Assembly: GCA_965218785.1 (NCBI GenBank)
Contig: OZ244650.1
Coordinates: 928,001 to 992,000 of the forward strand
Length of the DNA stretch: 64,000 bases
Source: Nitrosopumilus sp.
Lineage (GTDB): Archaea; Thermoproteota; Nitrososphaeria; Nitrososphaerales; Nitrosopumilaceae
Direction of reading: 5' to 3'
Shown: positions 34,001-41,907 of the stretch, in pieces
Layout of the letters: each line of letters starts with the position of its first letter
Position numbering within the stretch: position 1 is the first letter of the stretch
Notes under the pieces: generated by a model
What the model saw: the letters and a program-made list of their open reading frames with translations, nothing else
Databases searched by the model: none
Told to the model about the DNA's origin: nothing
Translations under genes and position numbers: made by a program

Positions 34001-36818
34001 TACCGTAACTGGCATGGGCAGTACTGACACATCTGACTCTCCCGTATTGGCCGATTCCGCATTACTGGAGATATCTGTCGCACTCTCTGACACACTCACC
34101 ATATCCGATACCGTAACTGGCATGGGCAGCGTCGAAACATCCGACTCCCCCGCAATAACTGATACCGTATCACTGCAACTGCACATTACCACCGCTGACA
34201 CACTCACCATATCCGATACCGTAACTGGCATGGGCAGTACTGACACATCTGACTCTCCCGTATTGGCCGATTCCGCATTACTGGAGATATCTGTCGCACT
34301 CTCTGACACACTCACCATATCCGATACCGTAACTGGCATGGGCAGCGTCGAAACATCCGACTCCCCCGCAATAACTGATACCGCATCACTGCAACTGCAC
34401 ATTACCACCGCTGACACACTCACCATATCCGATACCGTAACTGGCATGGGCAGTACTGACACATCTGACTCTCCCGTATTGGCCGATTCCGCATTACTGG
34501 AGATATCTGTCGCACTCTCTGACACACCTGCCATATCCGATACCGTAACTGGCATGGGCAGCGTCGAAACATCCGACTCCCCCGCAATAACTGATACCGT
34601 ATCACTGCAACTGCACATTACCACCGCTGACACACTCACCATATCCGATACCGTAACTGGCATGGGCAGTACTGACACATCTGACTCTCCCGTATTGGCC
34701 GATTCCGCATTACTGGAGATATCTGTCGCACTCTCTGACACACCTGCCATATCCGATACCGTAACTGGCATGGGCAGCGTCGAAACATCCGACTCCCCCG
34801 CAATAACTGATACCGTATCACTGCAACTGCACATTACCGCCGCTGACACACCTGCTATATCAGATGAATCAGACATGCAGACCATGGGTGCCATCAGCGG
34901 ATCTGACTCTCCGACAATAACTGATATCGTATCACTGCAACTGCACATTACCGCCGCTGACACACCTGCCATATCCGATACCGTAACTGGCATGGGCAGC
35001 GTCGAAACATCCGACTCTCCGACAATAACTGATACCGCATCACTGCAACTGCACATTACCGCCGCTGACACACTCGCCATATCCGATACCGTAACTGGCA
35101 TGGGCAGTACTGACACATCTGACTCTCCCGTATTGGCCGATTCCGCATTACTGGAGATATCTGTCGCACTCTCTGACACACCTGCCATATCCGATACCGT
35201 AACTGGCATGGGCAGTACTGACACATCTGACTCCCCCGCAATAACTGATACCGCATCACTGCAACTGCACATTACCGCCGCTGACACACTCACCATATCC
35301 GATACCGTAACTGGCATGGGCAGTACTGACACATCTGACTCTCCCGTATTGGCCGATTCCGCATTACTGGAGATATCTGTCGCACTCTCTGACACACCTG
35401 CCATATCTGATACCGTAACTGGCATGGGCAGCGTCGAAACATCCGACTCTCCGACAATAACTGATGCCGCATCATTGAAATTCCTCATCACATCCACTGA
35501 CACACCTGCCATCTCGGATGAATCAGACATGCAGATCATGGGTGCCATCAGTGGATCTGACTCCCCCGCAATAACTGATGCCGCATCACTGAAACTATCC
35601 GTCGCACTCTCTGATTCCCCTGTAATATCAGATGTGGTAAGCGGTATGGGAACCATTACTGAATCAGATTCCCCCGCAATAACTGATGCCGCATCACTGA
35701 AACTATCCGTCGCACTCTCTGATTCCCCTGTAATATCAGATGTGGTAAGCGGTATGGGAACCATTACTGAATCAGACTCCCCCGCAATAACGGACTCTGT
35801 ATCACTATTATCTACATCCCCCTCTCCGGATACAAATCCTCCACCTGTACCTCCGGTTACACCAACGACACCTGTTACTGTCCCATCCACTGAAACCGGT
35901 GGCGGTGACCGCGGCGGCGGTGGCGGCGGCGGTGGTGGCGGCAATGTCGGCGGCACCCGTGCCGGTATCGGCAATCCTGGAGGTCATGGAGGAGGAGGCC
36001 TGCGCTATGACGTGTCCTATAACTTTACATCCAACAACGTAAACGTACTGACTGATTTATCACAGATAAGAATAGAACCAAATACGCTCCTTACAATAAC
36101 GCCACATGTGCTGCCACTTGATGCACGTCAGAAGATCTTGCAGATGGAGGTAATCGTCACGGATAATTCAACACTGCAATATTCTGACGCCGTGATACAA
36201 TACACGTCACTTTCAAATGTTCTCACACATGACAAATGCAGTGGCAATGAACACAAGTCAAACCGTCTTTATGTCTGTGATACCTCTTCACTTGTATCTG
36301 AGACGCAGACATCGTACTCTGAATCCCGCACGCAGATCTCAAAGCAATTAAAAAGTATGATGATACACTTTGAAGAAGAATTTTCAGGCAGTCTCAGCAT
36401 ATTCCTGCATGATACCCGTGGAACGCTACTCTCTTCGCACAATAACACCACATATGATATTATTGTAGAATCGTCTGGGCCTAAACTAGAGTCTGTATCC
36501 TGGATGGATCCCGAACCGATCCCAGTTGATCCTGAACCTGTGGATGTGATTTACATGGATCCTGTTCTAGTCTCAATGGATCCTGAACCGATCCCGATGG
36601 ATCCTGAACCGATCCCGATGGATCCTGAACCGATCCCGATGGATCCTGAACCAACAGATGACCGTAACATCTTTGAAAAGTTCCTAGGATTATTACTATC
36701 GCTGTTTGGACTCTCAGATCTAGACCGAGTTTGGAATCAAATAATGATCACATCGAATTATTTGCAGATACAGTACAATTCCGGCATGACTGCGTTTGGG
36801 ATCTCCCATGTGCCCTGA
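22077..36818 (+). CDS. Giant modular cell-surface/adhesin-like protein 2 (4913 aa): signal peptide, beta-propellers, Ig-like domains, three further 6-bladed NHL propellers, long SDSP stalk, shared C-terminal cassette
   Basis: TTG start then Sec-type signal MRFTFTAIYLAVILISVGLPVSSDAHA/Q; modules homologous to giant protein 1 at DNA level. Confidence 0.9.
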   Translation: MRFTFTAIYLAVILISVGLPVSSDAHAQTTYDISNGESVALPNTGYKNSLIHLTGNYYVSSHTVGISSGGNLNYDYELRLYRIIDDDITMIHSRALSSFGQATPGVSQNFHPLSISLTRIDDDTVAVALPSGGFTDDDGIRTGAGSYIVTVDIDTTAENPQISMVNKFVNYGMAPSYTLNPSLVALDENRLVLAHSHPHNSPSGSLNVFRIDSGTGDLARDGPVTPFDPPQQGRYSSMIKLDDDTVVVAYRSSGADGVIRTFDIGEGADSPVTQNAELRHESGRISFNSLVRVDADTVALAYSEIGDSNRADDGSGHLKLFDISATDGSIKQRGSTLTYYDGAAPAPLDPDIHHNSLVLFDADTLALAYRGESGYGFIRTYDITATDLISNGEPFEHDQANGAFNALLKVDDDTLALVYSEDYPASIVGSTSTANTIKILDVVNPNAGRPAVTISADTPNGSTYGTSTISYTATFTEIVTGFTMDNIVISGTASVGSPPVSNFAVSDASYTFDVLTTSDGTLTVFIPEGVATDNTNNTNTASNEYTVTVADTIPGVSRVSATGDSTYDTGDVISIIVTFDELVRVTGNPQLLLDIGTNGATAVYSSGSPGTYMTFLYTVLAGDNSADLNYVNVNSLSLSGGTIRSADDGATANLRLPATTLDNSLGGSDVIVDTIPAVVITSSDIDNGGTTHFNTISYVVTFTETVTGFNNASDITLSGNATATVSDPDGTGGTYTFDVTATDDGTVIVSIPAGKAIDTAGNGNDASNTHTVTVDTQSLEILSAVWRDPDESDTFLSDGDELIITFNRNTDMAGSKTLSRSELDAVFVFGGSLGTDYTGVWFDARTLVITVIDSTGGDAVIGDTVSAFRGTTYIRSLDTTGGAAFSNPNSVGTNSTGHVFVGDTFIPLPTEDDDINSRVQIFHPDGSYAGVPNTTGGAAFSRPEGIATNSTGYTFIADNGSNLVQIFDPSGVYAGVLDIADGLMFREPAGVAIGKDDMIYVSDVEQSTRNIDDRRIVQIFDQDGTYAGVLTTTVTTEFDVPISVATNSLGHVFVADRGNDNIRIFDSKGEVNTSNIDTTGPTGLSTLRAVATNSTDHLFVVYNNNNNNGVDTVQIYTASGVYEGDLSLGDDVSLGTISGIAVGSDDKIIISERSNSDVHIFGHQVLYSDAGLRQFESEANTSGNFGTLSTAVSISSDVDNGATIAVTPVRFNVEFSDPVTGFDVSDILLSGTADATVTVLSGSGTTYIFDVVTSTDGTVIVSIPAGAALDAANSGNAASNAYIFTVMDIVPVVTGVSAKDGVSAKDGVYNVGDTIDITIIFNVPVTVTGFPQLFLDTGTNDAAAAYSHGSPGTDMIFRYTVLAGDNSADLNYVNVRSLSLNGGTILAEDGGAAASLALPETTLDNSLGGSDVMLITPPTVVITASTTDGGTQDINTISYTATFNEEVTGFDMSDITISGSASGGSPVISNLAGTGNVYTFEVAVTSDGTVTVFIPQSVAIDAAGNQNRASNEHTITVDTLPSVVITTTAASDGGVTTSNTISYVATFSEVVIGFDMSDITISESASGDPLVASNFAEIIPGVSYTFEVSTDLDGTVTVFIPQSVAIDAAGNQNTESDRYTVTVDATAPSVTGVSATGGFYNEGDVISITVTFDESVRVTENPQLLLDIGINGATAAYSPGLPGTDMTFLYTVLAGDNSADLNYVDVHSLSLNGGTITSADGTTASLALPATTLDDSLGGSDVIVDSIAPTIAITANTINGGTQNIRTISYTATFNEVVTGFEMTDMEISGTASGGSPVISNFVKTDNVYTFEVAVTSDGTVTVSLPENMVADTADNSNTGSNEYTVTVADTPSSVTEVSVKGDGPYREGDVVSITVTFDESVTVTGFPQLLLDIGINGAIAVYSHGSPGTDMIFRYTVLAGDNSDDLNYADANSLSLSGGTILAEDDDAASRLRLPATTLDNSLGGSDVIVDTIPAVVITSSDIDDGGTTNSNTISYVVTFTETVTDFDEASDITLLGDATATVSVPDGTGDTYTFDVTATDDGTVLVSIPAGKATDTAGNGNTASDVYAVTVDADVPVATFIGSIGSSGPGNNQFNIPRGVAITATNILVTEAGNSRVQIFDLNGNYLSEFGSGGDRDGDFRLTNGITTTSQHILVTDSFNHRIQRFDFDGQFVDSIGSSGSGNNQFDFPAGITTNSTHILVADRENHRIQVIDFDRLFVGTIGSSGTDPGRFANPNGITTNSTHILVTEAGNNRVQIFDLKGNYVHTFGSPGTGPGQFSNPDGIATTSTYILVADSDNHRIQVFDLDGNFVRTFGSFGSGPGQFNFPQGIATNSTHILVADSNNHMIQVFDLSPTVTISASTPNGGIHDAPTVSYTATFSENVTGFEISDITVSGSASRGSPVVSNFAGSGDTYTFDVATNPVGTVTVSILASVATDALGSPNRASDAYTVTTIPLPVGIFVDEYGSFDNDDDGFRSPFGITTNSTHILVADRDNNRIQILDLSGNFLNTIGSGGSNPGDFDFPQGIAVTSTNILVADSDRHRIQIFDLDGNHVGRFGSSGTDDGEFTLPIGITTTPTTILVTDSSSRIQIFDPEGNYLSKFGSVGTDFNKLFSPSGIAANSTHILVADRGNNRIQIFDPAGNFVSTIGGLGSDFGEFDRPEGIDINDNFIFVADSNNNRIQVFDTDGNFVYQFTSSSSSSGMGDGEFNRPSGVTTNSTHMIVADTGNHRIQVFDLFPLVTLSANVINGGIIPSATISYTATFSEDVTGFDISDIMVSGSASLGSPAVSNFAGIGNTYTFDVVSDSDGTIRVLIPAGAATDATGSNSQTSVPYTVTVVLPSIIITAPTDDGNTQKSDSISYTVTFALPVTGFEASEILVSGTASGGSPVVSNFAGSGNTYTFDVVTTGDGTVTVSISAGVAMDAAGNLTMASNEYTVIVDTAIPIGVFVQTIGEFRSPAGIATTPTHILVADIIYERIQVYDLNGKFAYELGNGNLKLPHGITTNSTHILVADSGNHRVHVFDLNGNYRSQFGSSGSGDGQFVIPQGITTTSTHILVADSSNHRIQIFDLDGNYVSKFGEFGSVGGNFNFPQGITTNSTHILVTDRENHRVQVFDLGGNYVSEFGSLGLDLGQFNRPDGITINKGYILVADNNNNRIQAFDTDGGFLSTLVLSDPEIGAFNSPSGITTNSTHILVADAGNLRVQTFDLLPYVELSANTPHGGTQNIKTVSYVVTFDEPVTDFEISDILVYGTASGGAPTASNFAGTGTTYTFDVVTILDGTVIVSIPESAVMDTAGNVNAASDTYDVTVRSNTASFDSAGTTSATTVAVRTSEELFGVADFLNFEISGNTVSAAIISDRTIALTVDTEITSEDMLTVSYKGDNILNSLDNILVQFEDKPVTNNVPVIPETSLPLSDNYLRHTMTHVGGQYYVSGHNSLRYVDDSLEYDYHMNLYRITIDGIQLEDTVQLEMDPIIVNPPELSDTNPPFPVSFAPIDEDTFVAVYGHNQALNVLTYDIMLVTGTTDDAELVPSISKVSLDTDVTPFDPSLVKFDDDTLVLAYAGSAGDGYITAMSVSQTAIEFVGSPLEHDPDQGRYNSLVKLNDDTVVLAYMGQNADGHIKTFDIGTDNTIIQTDSLEHNETGDVSYNSLVKADDDTVVLAYTDYSTNSGHLVEFDIDDDGIITSPRAPLTYVAVDNTAHVPERQHFNSLVLVDDGTLALAYRGADGDGFLQIFDMSSTGLTARNILEHDTSYGAYNAMVKVNRSTLALVYGEAQRAVDDQSQVSSAIKTLQVSAITNLRIEISDSPTITDAASLQLHITTADTLTISDAVTGMGSVETSDSPTITDAASLQLHITISDTPAISDTVTGMGSVETSDSPTITDAASLQLHITISDTPAISDTVTGMGSTDTSDSPAITDAASLQLHITISDTLTISDTVTGMGSTDTSDSPAITDTVSLQLHITTADTLTISDTVTGMGSTDTSDSPVLADSALLEISVALSDTLTISDTVTGMGSVETSDSPAITDTVSLQLHITTADTLTISDTVTGMGSTDTSDSPVLADSALLEISVALSDTLTISDTVTGMGSVETSDSPAITDTASLQLHITTADTLTISDTVTGMGSTDTSDSPVLADSALLEISVALSDTPAISDTVTGMGSVETSDSPAITDTVSLQLHITTADTLTISDTVTGMGSTDTSDSPVLADSALLEISVALSDTPAISDTVTGMGSVETSDSPAITDTVSLQLHITAADTPAISDESDMQTMGAISGSDSPTITDIVSLQLHITAADTPAISDTVTGMGSVETSDSPTITDTASLQLHITAADTLAISDTVTGMGSTDTSDSPVLADSALLEISVALSDTPAISDTVTGMGSTDTSDSPAITDTASLQLHITAADTLTISDTVTGMGSTDTSDSPVLADSALLEISVALSDTPAISDTVTGMGSVETSDSPTITDAASLKFLITSTDTPAISDESDMQIMGAISGSDSPAITDAASLKLSVALSDSPVISDVVSGMGTITESDSPAITDAASLKLSVALSDSPVISDVVSGMGTITESDSPAITDSVSLLSTSPSPDTNPPPVPPVTPTTPVTVPSTETGGGDRGGGGGGGGGGNVGGTRAGIGNPGGHGGGGLRYDVSYNFTSNNVNVLTDLSQIRIEPNTLLTITPHVLPLDARQKILQMEVIVTDNSTLQYSDAVIQYTSLSNVLTHDKCSGNEHKSNRLYVCDTSSLVSETQTSYSESRTQISKQLKSMMIHFEEEFSGSLSIFLHDTRGTLLSSHNNTTYDIIVESSGPKLESVSWMDPEPIPVDPEPVDVIYMDPVLVSMDPEPIPMDPEPIPMDPEPIPMDPEPTDDRNIFEKFLGLLLSLFGLSDLDRVWNQIMITSNYLQIQYNSGMTAFGISHVP
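33486..35810 (+). repeat. About 43 in-frame 54-bp (18-aa) SDSP/SDTP repeats with 108- and 216-bp higher-order periodicity
   Basis: Units such as ITTADTLTISDTVTGMGS / TDTSDSPVLADSALLEIS; identical antisense ORFs 216 bp apart (34420, 34636). Confidence 0.9.
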
Positions 36819-37090
36819 AGAATGATGACATTCTGAATCTGCATGCAATCAAAAACAGGACAGATGACATCTTCTGTCATAAACGAATGTTCACACCATC
36901 TTGATCTGGAAAAAATACGCCGTATGCTCAATCAGTAGAATCTTTAGTAGATAACAGCAATTTGATAATGTAATTTTCTGTCTGTTATCTCTAAGGATTC
37001 TCCCGGATTGTGATCTATAAAGATTGTGGACGAATGGATCTTTGATGCCAGATAACGGTCATTTGTTGGGATGCATATCCTTGATTACGC

Positions 37091-38764
37091 CTAAAGATCC
37101 GGGCTGGTGACTGCGCCTTTTGCAGCAGAACCTACCAATGTGGCATACTTTGCAAGGGCCCCTGATGTGTAGTTGGGCTTGGGCCGGCTCCACTGCTCCC
37201 TTCTACCTTTCATCTCCTCTTCTGATATGTGAAGATCAATCGTGTTGGTTTCAGTATCTATTGTTATCTCGTCATCGTCTTTTACTAGTGCAATCGGACC
37301 GCCCACATATGCCTCTGGCGCGACATGACCCACCATAAATCCGCGAGTTCCGCCAGAAAATCTCCCATCTGTGACCATGGCCACTTTTTTACCAAGACCC
37401 TGTCCGACTAGTGCTGCAGTTGTGGCCAGCATCTCCCTCATTCCCGGTCCCCCCTTTGGTCCCTCATATCTGATTACCATTACGTGGCCCTCGTCAATCC
37501 CGCCTTTTGATACTGCATCAAATGCGAACTCTTCCCTGTCAAACACCTTGGCCCTTCCGGTAAACTTTGTCATTTCCATCCCTGCCGTCTTTATCACGGC
37601 CCCCTCTGGTGCCAAACTGCCCTTGAGAATCACCGCGGTTCCAACCGCATGTATGGGATTTTCAGTTGATCTTACGATGTTTTGCTCCCCTTTTGGAATG
37701 TTTATTGAAACAAGATTTTCCTTGATTGTTTTTCCAGTTACGGTAATACAGTCCCCATTTAACAGTCCCTTGTCTAATAATTTTTTTAACACGAGTGGTA
37801 TCCCGCCAATCTTGTCAAGCGAGTTCATTACATAATTTCCGCCAGGTTTCATGTCTGCCAGATGCGGCGTCTTTTTCCTTATTCTTTCAAAATCATCATA
37901 ACTCAAGCTAATGTCCACCTCGTTTGCCAGAGCAAGCAAATGCAGTATTCCGTTCGTCGAGCCTCCAACGGAGTTCAACATTATTATGGCATTCTCAAAG
38001 GCTTCAAACGATAAAATCTCCTTGGGTCTTATGTTGCTCTCCAGTAACTTTGCACATGCCACCCCCGTATCATAAACCGTTTTGTCCCTTCTGCTGTCCT
38101 CAGCAGGCGGACTGGCACTACCTGGCAGTGCCAAACCGATCGCCTCGGAGATGGATGCCATGGTGTTTGCAGTAAACATGCCCCCGCAGGATCCCGCATT
38201 CGGGCACGCCGTATCCTCTATATTTTTTAATCCCTCAAGTGATAGTTTGCCCGCATCATATGCGCCAACTGCCTCGTACACGTCCACTACTGTTAATTCC
38301 CGGCCATCAAGAATTCCCGGCATGATGGTCCCGCCATAAACGAACACAGACGGAATGTTCAGTCTTGCCATGGCCATCATCGTTCCAGGCAGACTCTTGT
38401 CACAACCTGCGATTCCCACCAAGGCATCATACTGGTGGGCTCGTACCATTAGTTCGATTGAATCGGCAATCACCTCGCGGGAAACCAGCGATGACTTCAT
38501 TCCTTCGTGACCCATTGCAATCCCGTCACTTACTGCAATCGTTGAAAATTCCCTCGGCGTTGCACCTGCATCTGAGACCCCCTCCTTAGCTTTTAGGGCC
38601 AGTCTTGGAAGATGGATGTTACATGGCGTTGCTTCATTTCCGGTATGACAGACACCTATGAACTGTTTTGATAAATCATCGTCGCCGAGTCCCATGGCCT
38701 TGTACATCGCCCTTTGTGGCGCCCTTGATGTCCCCTCTACAACGTTTCTGCTGGAAATTTCCAT
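37091..38764 (-). CDS. ilvD: Dihydroxy-acid dehydratase
   Basis: [49 protein letters not shown] and TDGRFSGG motifs. Confidence 0.97.
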   Translation of the reverse strand: MEISSRNVVEGTSRAPQRAMYKAMGLGDDDLSKQFIGVCHTGNEATPCNIHLPRLALKAKEGVSDAGATPREFSTIAVSDGIAMGHEGMKSSLVSREVIADSIELMVRAHQYDALVGIAGCDKSLPGTMMAMARLNIPSVFVYGGTIMPGILDGRELTVVDVYEAVGAYDAGKLSLEGLKNIEDTACPNAGSCGGMFTANTMASISEAIGLALPGSASPPAEDSRRDKTVYDTGVACAKLLESNIRPKEILSFEAFENAIIMLNSVGGSTNGILHLLALANEVDISLSYDDFERIRKKTPHLADMKPGGNYVMNSLDKIGGIPLVLKKLLDKGLLNGDCITVTGKTIKENLVSINIPKGEQNIVRSTENPIHAVGTAVILKGSLAPEGAVIKTAGMEMTKFTGRAKVFDREEFAFDAVSKGGIDEGHVMVIRYEGPKGGPGMREMLATTAALVGQGLGKKVAMVTDGRFSGGTRGFMVGHVAPEAYVGGPIALVKDDDEITIDTETNTIDLHISEEEMKGRREQWSRPKPNYTSGALAKYATLVGSAAKGAVTSPDL

Positions 38765-38804
38765 AATATGATTCTGCGTTTACTATGATTTAGACCTGTT
38801 GGTA

Positions 38805-39407
38805 TTACCGTTTTATCAGTATCTGGTTTTCTAGTTCCGACAAGTACGCATCTATCTCTTCGGGCGTCTCTGCACCGTATAAGATCAGGATTCTGTCGTC
38901 TTCCATAACCTCATAATCCCTGATGTCTGAAACAGGCTCCCTGTTAATGAAGAATCTCAGCACGTTCTCATCCTGCGTACAGTAGGATCTTCCATCAGTA
39001 AACACGTAACACTGATCATCAAGACCTATCTTTATCGACTCGAATAGATATCCTAACTTGACTCCCGTGGCATGTTTGTGGACTGTCGTGCCGTCTCTTC
39101 CCTCAAAATGAATCCAGGGCGTCTTTATCTGATAAGCCTCGTTTGAAAAGTCAAACTGGTCCCCAAAAATCCTTACTAGTAATGCCGCATGATCATGTGC
39201 GCTGCCACGCGGTCCTACGTTCTCTGGCCCTCCGGCTTCTGCCCCCGGTTCCATGGTTACAAACAGGTATACAGAATATCCGACAATAACTCCTATTACT
39301 GCAAAGACACCCACTGCAATCAGTGTCTGCTTTCTCTTTGCCGCTGAATGTTTTGTAGCATAATTTTCACGTTTTTCTTCACGTTCCCTTCTTTCTTTTC
39401 GTCCCAT
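38805..39407 (-). CDS. Conserved thaumarchaeal membrane-anchored protein of unknown function
   Basis: 200 aa: basic N-terminus, one TM helix, then a His-rich extracellular domain (HDHA, WIHFE, VHKHA) and a Cys pair. Confidence 0.8.
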   Translation of the reverse strand: MGRKERREREEKRENYATKHSAAKRKQTLIAVGVFAVIGVIVGYSVYLFVTMEPGAEAGGPENVGPRGSAHDHAALLVRIFGDQFDFSNEAYQIKTPWIHFEGRDGTTVHKHATGVKLGYLFESIKIGLDDQCYVFTDGRSYCTQDENVLRFFINREPVSDIRDYEVMEDDRILILYGAETPEEIDAYLSELENQILIKR

Positions 39408-39870
39408 GAGATGAATTGATTCTAAAATTTACCCTAATTAACCATTCGATAAATGCGGTCTTTTCAGTGTGTGTGTCTTGAGTATGTACATCTGGAACTG
39501 CTTGGGCTGTCTATTTCCGGCATATTTTGCCACCTGGAATCATCTCCTTTTTCTGAGGAATTTGAGGCATGCTGGAATGATTAATCCGGAAAACAACTGG
39601 TTTTTTATGCGCTGGATGTTTTCAGGATCGAGTTATTTGGTGCTGATTCTGGTTTGTGGATTAACTCTAGTCTTTTTTGAGGTAGATCTGCTTTACAAGT
39701 GGTGTTTTATCCATTTTATTCAAAAAATGTATGCGTGTGATACCTCATTTAGTTGAGAATTTACCAAATTACCATTTGCAAATTCACATCTAAAACTGGT
39801 TTATTATCCCGGCATTCTCCATTCGAACATGTCATTGTAATTTTGTGCCTAAAACCATGAGGTATTGCCA

Positions 39871-39922
39871 TATAACGAATTTGTTATATAACAAATTTGT
39901 TATATAACAAAAGTGTTATACA
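39871..39922. promoter_or_regulatory. Tandem palindromic operator-like array (TTTGTTATATAACAAA)x2 plus flanking half sites
   Basis: Perfect 16-bp palindromes at 39880-39895 and 39896-39911, directly upstream of ATG 39929. Confidence 0.6.
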
Positions 39923-39928
39923 AATTAG

Positions 39929-40072
39929 ATGGATATGATAGTCGGAGATGTTGTAACTGGAGATAATCTTTTTGGCAGGAAGATTTCTTACGAATTTGAA
40001 GGCAGCCAACGTAAGGCCGTATTGAATATGCTGGATCTTTTTACACGTCAAAAAACCCTGCCTCTTGTATAA
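39929..40072 (+). pseudogene. 47-codon remnant resembling the N-terminus of an archaeal ATPase (STAND/AAA-type)
   Basis: MDMIVGDVVTGDNLFGRK resembles the G..V.G..F.GR motif that precedes Walker A in that family; no Walker A follows. Confidence 0.4.
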
Positions 40073-40164
40073 CTTGAAAATATCTTCTTGTCTATCCATA
40101 AAGAGGGCAAAGATACGTCTCCCCACGATAAAAACAATAAATAAAATCACGAGATAGTATCCTT

Positions 40165-40572
40165 ATGGGATGTCTTTTTTGTGATATTTTGGATGGTAAC
40201 AGGGACGGACATTTCCTATACCGCGATGACGCCCACGTCGCCTTTTTAGACAAATATCCTATTGATAATGGCCACAGCCTGGTAATTCCCAGAAAACACC
40301 ATGAAAAAATAACCGATATGAGTCCTGCAGACGTCGGGGATCTTTTCACGATTATTCCAAAAATTGCAGCGGCGGTTCTAACTGCGACGGGGGCAGACGC
40401 ATTCAGTATCGGTCAGAACAACGGACGCGCCGCCAAGCAGATTATCCCACATGTTCATGTCCACATCATTCCAAGATATGCCAGCAAGGGCACGGTGTGG
40501 ACAAAACGCCGGATCCCAGATGATGCGGAACTTGCAGGGCTTGCCGCAAAAATTAGCAGTCTTCTTACCTAG
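40165..40572 (+). CDS. HIT family (histidine triad) nucleotide hydrolase
   Basis: N-terminal CLFC, GHSLVIPRKH and HVHVHIIPR histidine triad. Confidence 0.95.
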   Translation: MGCLFCDILDGNRDGHFLYRDDAHVAFLDKYPIDNGHSLVIPRKHHEKITDMSPADVGDLFTIIPKIAAAVLTATGADAFSIGQNNGRAAKQIIPHVHVHIIPRYASKGTVWTKRRIPDDAELAGLAAKISSLLT

Positions 40573-41851
40573 TATGATCCGGATTATATCTTAAAATCGC
40601 ACCCACCTTTCCAAGACTTGCAAGCTGCTGCCCGTGCTCTGCATTTCCTGAAACCACCTCCAGCTGCGAACCAGTCTTGGCCGCAAGTATTTCAAGATAA
40701 TCCACAATGTCCTGCTCGTTTGCCTCCATCTCCATTGCGTTGCACTCGGGGCACGGCTTTGTCGTATACTCTGTTTTTTTTGGAATTACCTGCGGTCTCT
40801 CTACAATTTCCTCCTCTGTGTGCTTGCATCTCCTGCACTTTCCCTCGACCCTGTGCAGATTCGTGTTATCTGTAATGATCAGCGTTTTAACAACATTGTT
40901 TTTTAGATACTCGATAATCTCCTGCAGTCCGTAGGCACCTTTCCCTGAATGTGTGCTTATCTCCCTGATTAAATCCTCAACAAGTTTTGTCTCCTCCACC
41001 ATTCTAAAACTTGACAGGATGTCGGCGGATTTGCGGAATGCCTCCCTGATTCCATCCCCCCCCGAGTATGATGCGTCAATCGTGTTTATTATCATGTTTT
41101 GTAACCTGTATTCCAGATAATTTCCATTTATGAAATCCTCTTTTGTAGGTCCCGGCCCCGAGATTACCAGCCCCTTTATCTGATAAATGTCTATGAAATA
41201 TTCCCTTGTTGTTTCTGCAACACGGTTGTAATAGTATGTCAGCTCCATCTCCCTGAGTTTTTGAAATCTTTTTGCAGACTGTCCGCCCTGCCTGTGCTTT
41301 CCTGCCACTCCCGAACCAGTCTGGGTTAACACCTCGATCTTGTCCCCGTGTAACAGCCCCCAACCGGCATCCTTTGCATCAATTGCCAGAAATCCAATCA
41401 GGTTGTCGTCTTTTAGCATGTCCTTTAGAATGTCGACATGAAAATGATCGTCGCATCTGTACAGGTACTGGTTCAGGTCCTTTGGAGGATCAATCTCCCA
41501 GACCCTCACCTCCTCCTTGCCTAGCGGGCCTCCCCCCTCCGGTGGCAGCGCACCGCAAAACATCACCAGTCCCTTCTCCGGGGTTTTCTTGTACAGTTTT
41601 AGCCTCTGAATCACCTTTCCCAGCGAATCAACCACGTGCGTCCTGGTAAGATCCGACTTTATGTTGTCTGCAGTCCCCTGCTCCTGCTGCAGCGAGTTGA
41701 TAATCTCGTGGAGCTGCTTGCCCTTTGGAATGTATACCGTAATCAGCTCAGTCCCCCTTCCTGATTTTTGGGCCAGCTCTTCTAGGGTTTTTCTAATCTT
41801 GTAGACCTTGACTGAATCCTGCTTTTCAACATCTAATTTCTTTTTCTTCAT
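40565..41851 (-). CDS. prf1: Peptide chain release factor aRF1
   Basis: NIKS, YRCD and GKHRQGGQSAKRF motifs; C-terminal Zn-ribbon insert; GAILRY. Confidence 0.97.
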   Translation of the reverse strand: MKKKKLDVEKQDSVKVYKIRKTLEELAQKSGRGTELITVYIPKGKQLHEIINSLQQEQGTADNIKSDLTRTHVVDSLGKVIQRLKLYKKTPEKGLVMFCGALPPEGGGPLGKEEVRVWEIDPPKDLNQYLYRCDDHFHVDILKDMLKDDNLIGFLAIDAKDAGWGLLHGDKIEVLTQTGSGVAGKHRQGGQSAKRFQKLREMELTYYYNRVAETTREYFIDIYQIKGLVISGPGPTKEDFINGNYLEYRLQNMIINTIDASYSGGDGIREAFRKSADILSSFRMVEETKLVEDLIREISTHSGKGAYGLQEIIEYLKNNVVKTLIITDNTNLHRVEGKCRRCKHTEEEIVERPQVIPKKTEYTTKPCPECNAMEMEANEQDIVDYLEILAAKTGSQLEVVSGNAEHGQQLASLGKVGAILRYNPDHTR

Positions 41852-41907
41852 CTGTATCTCCTTTAATCATACGAATATTAATTTTAATTGATTTGGCTGT
41901 TTTATAA

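Noticed and set aside
33428-35974. 848-aa minus-strand ORF and the many other antisense or alternative-frame ORFs inside the giant genes
   Set aside because: Shadows of repetitive + strand coding DNA with no independent motifs.
39469-40349. ORFs 39469-39756, 39884-40150 and 40092-40349
   Set aside because: No recognisable motifs; they lie in spacer DNA or overlap the palindrome, stump or HIT gene, and are likely spurious.
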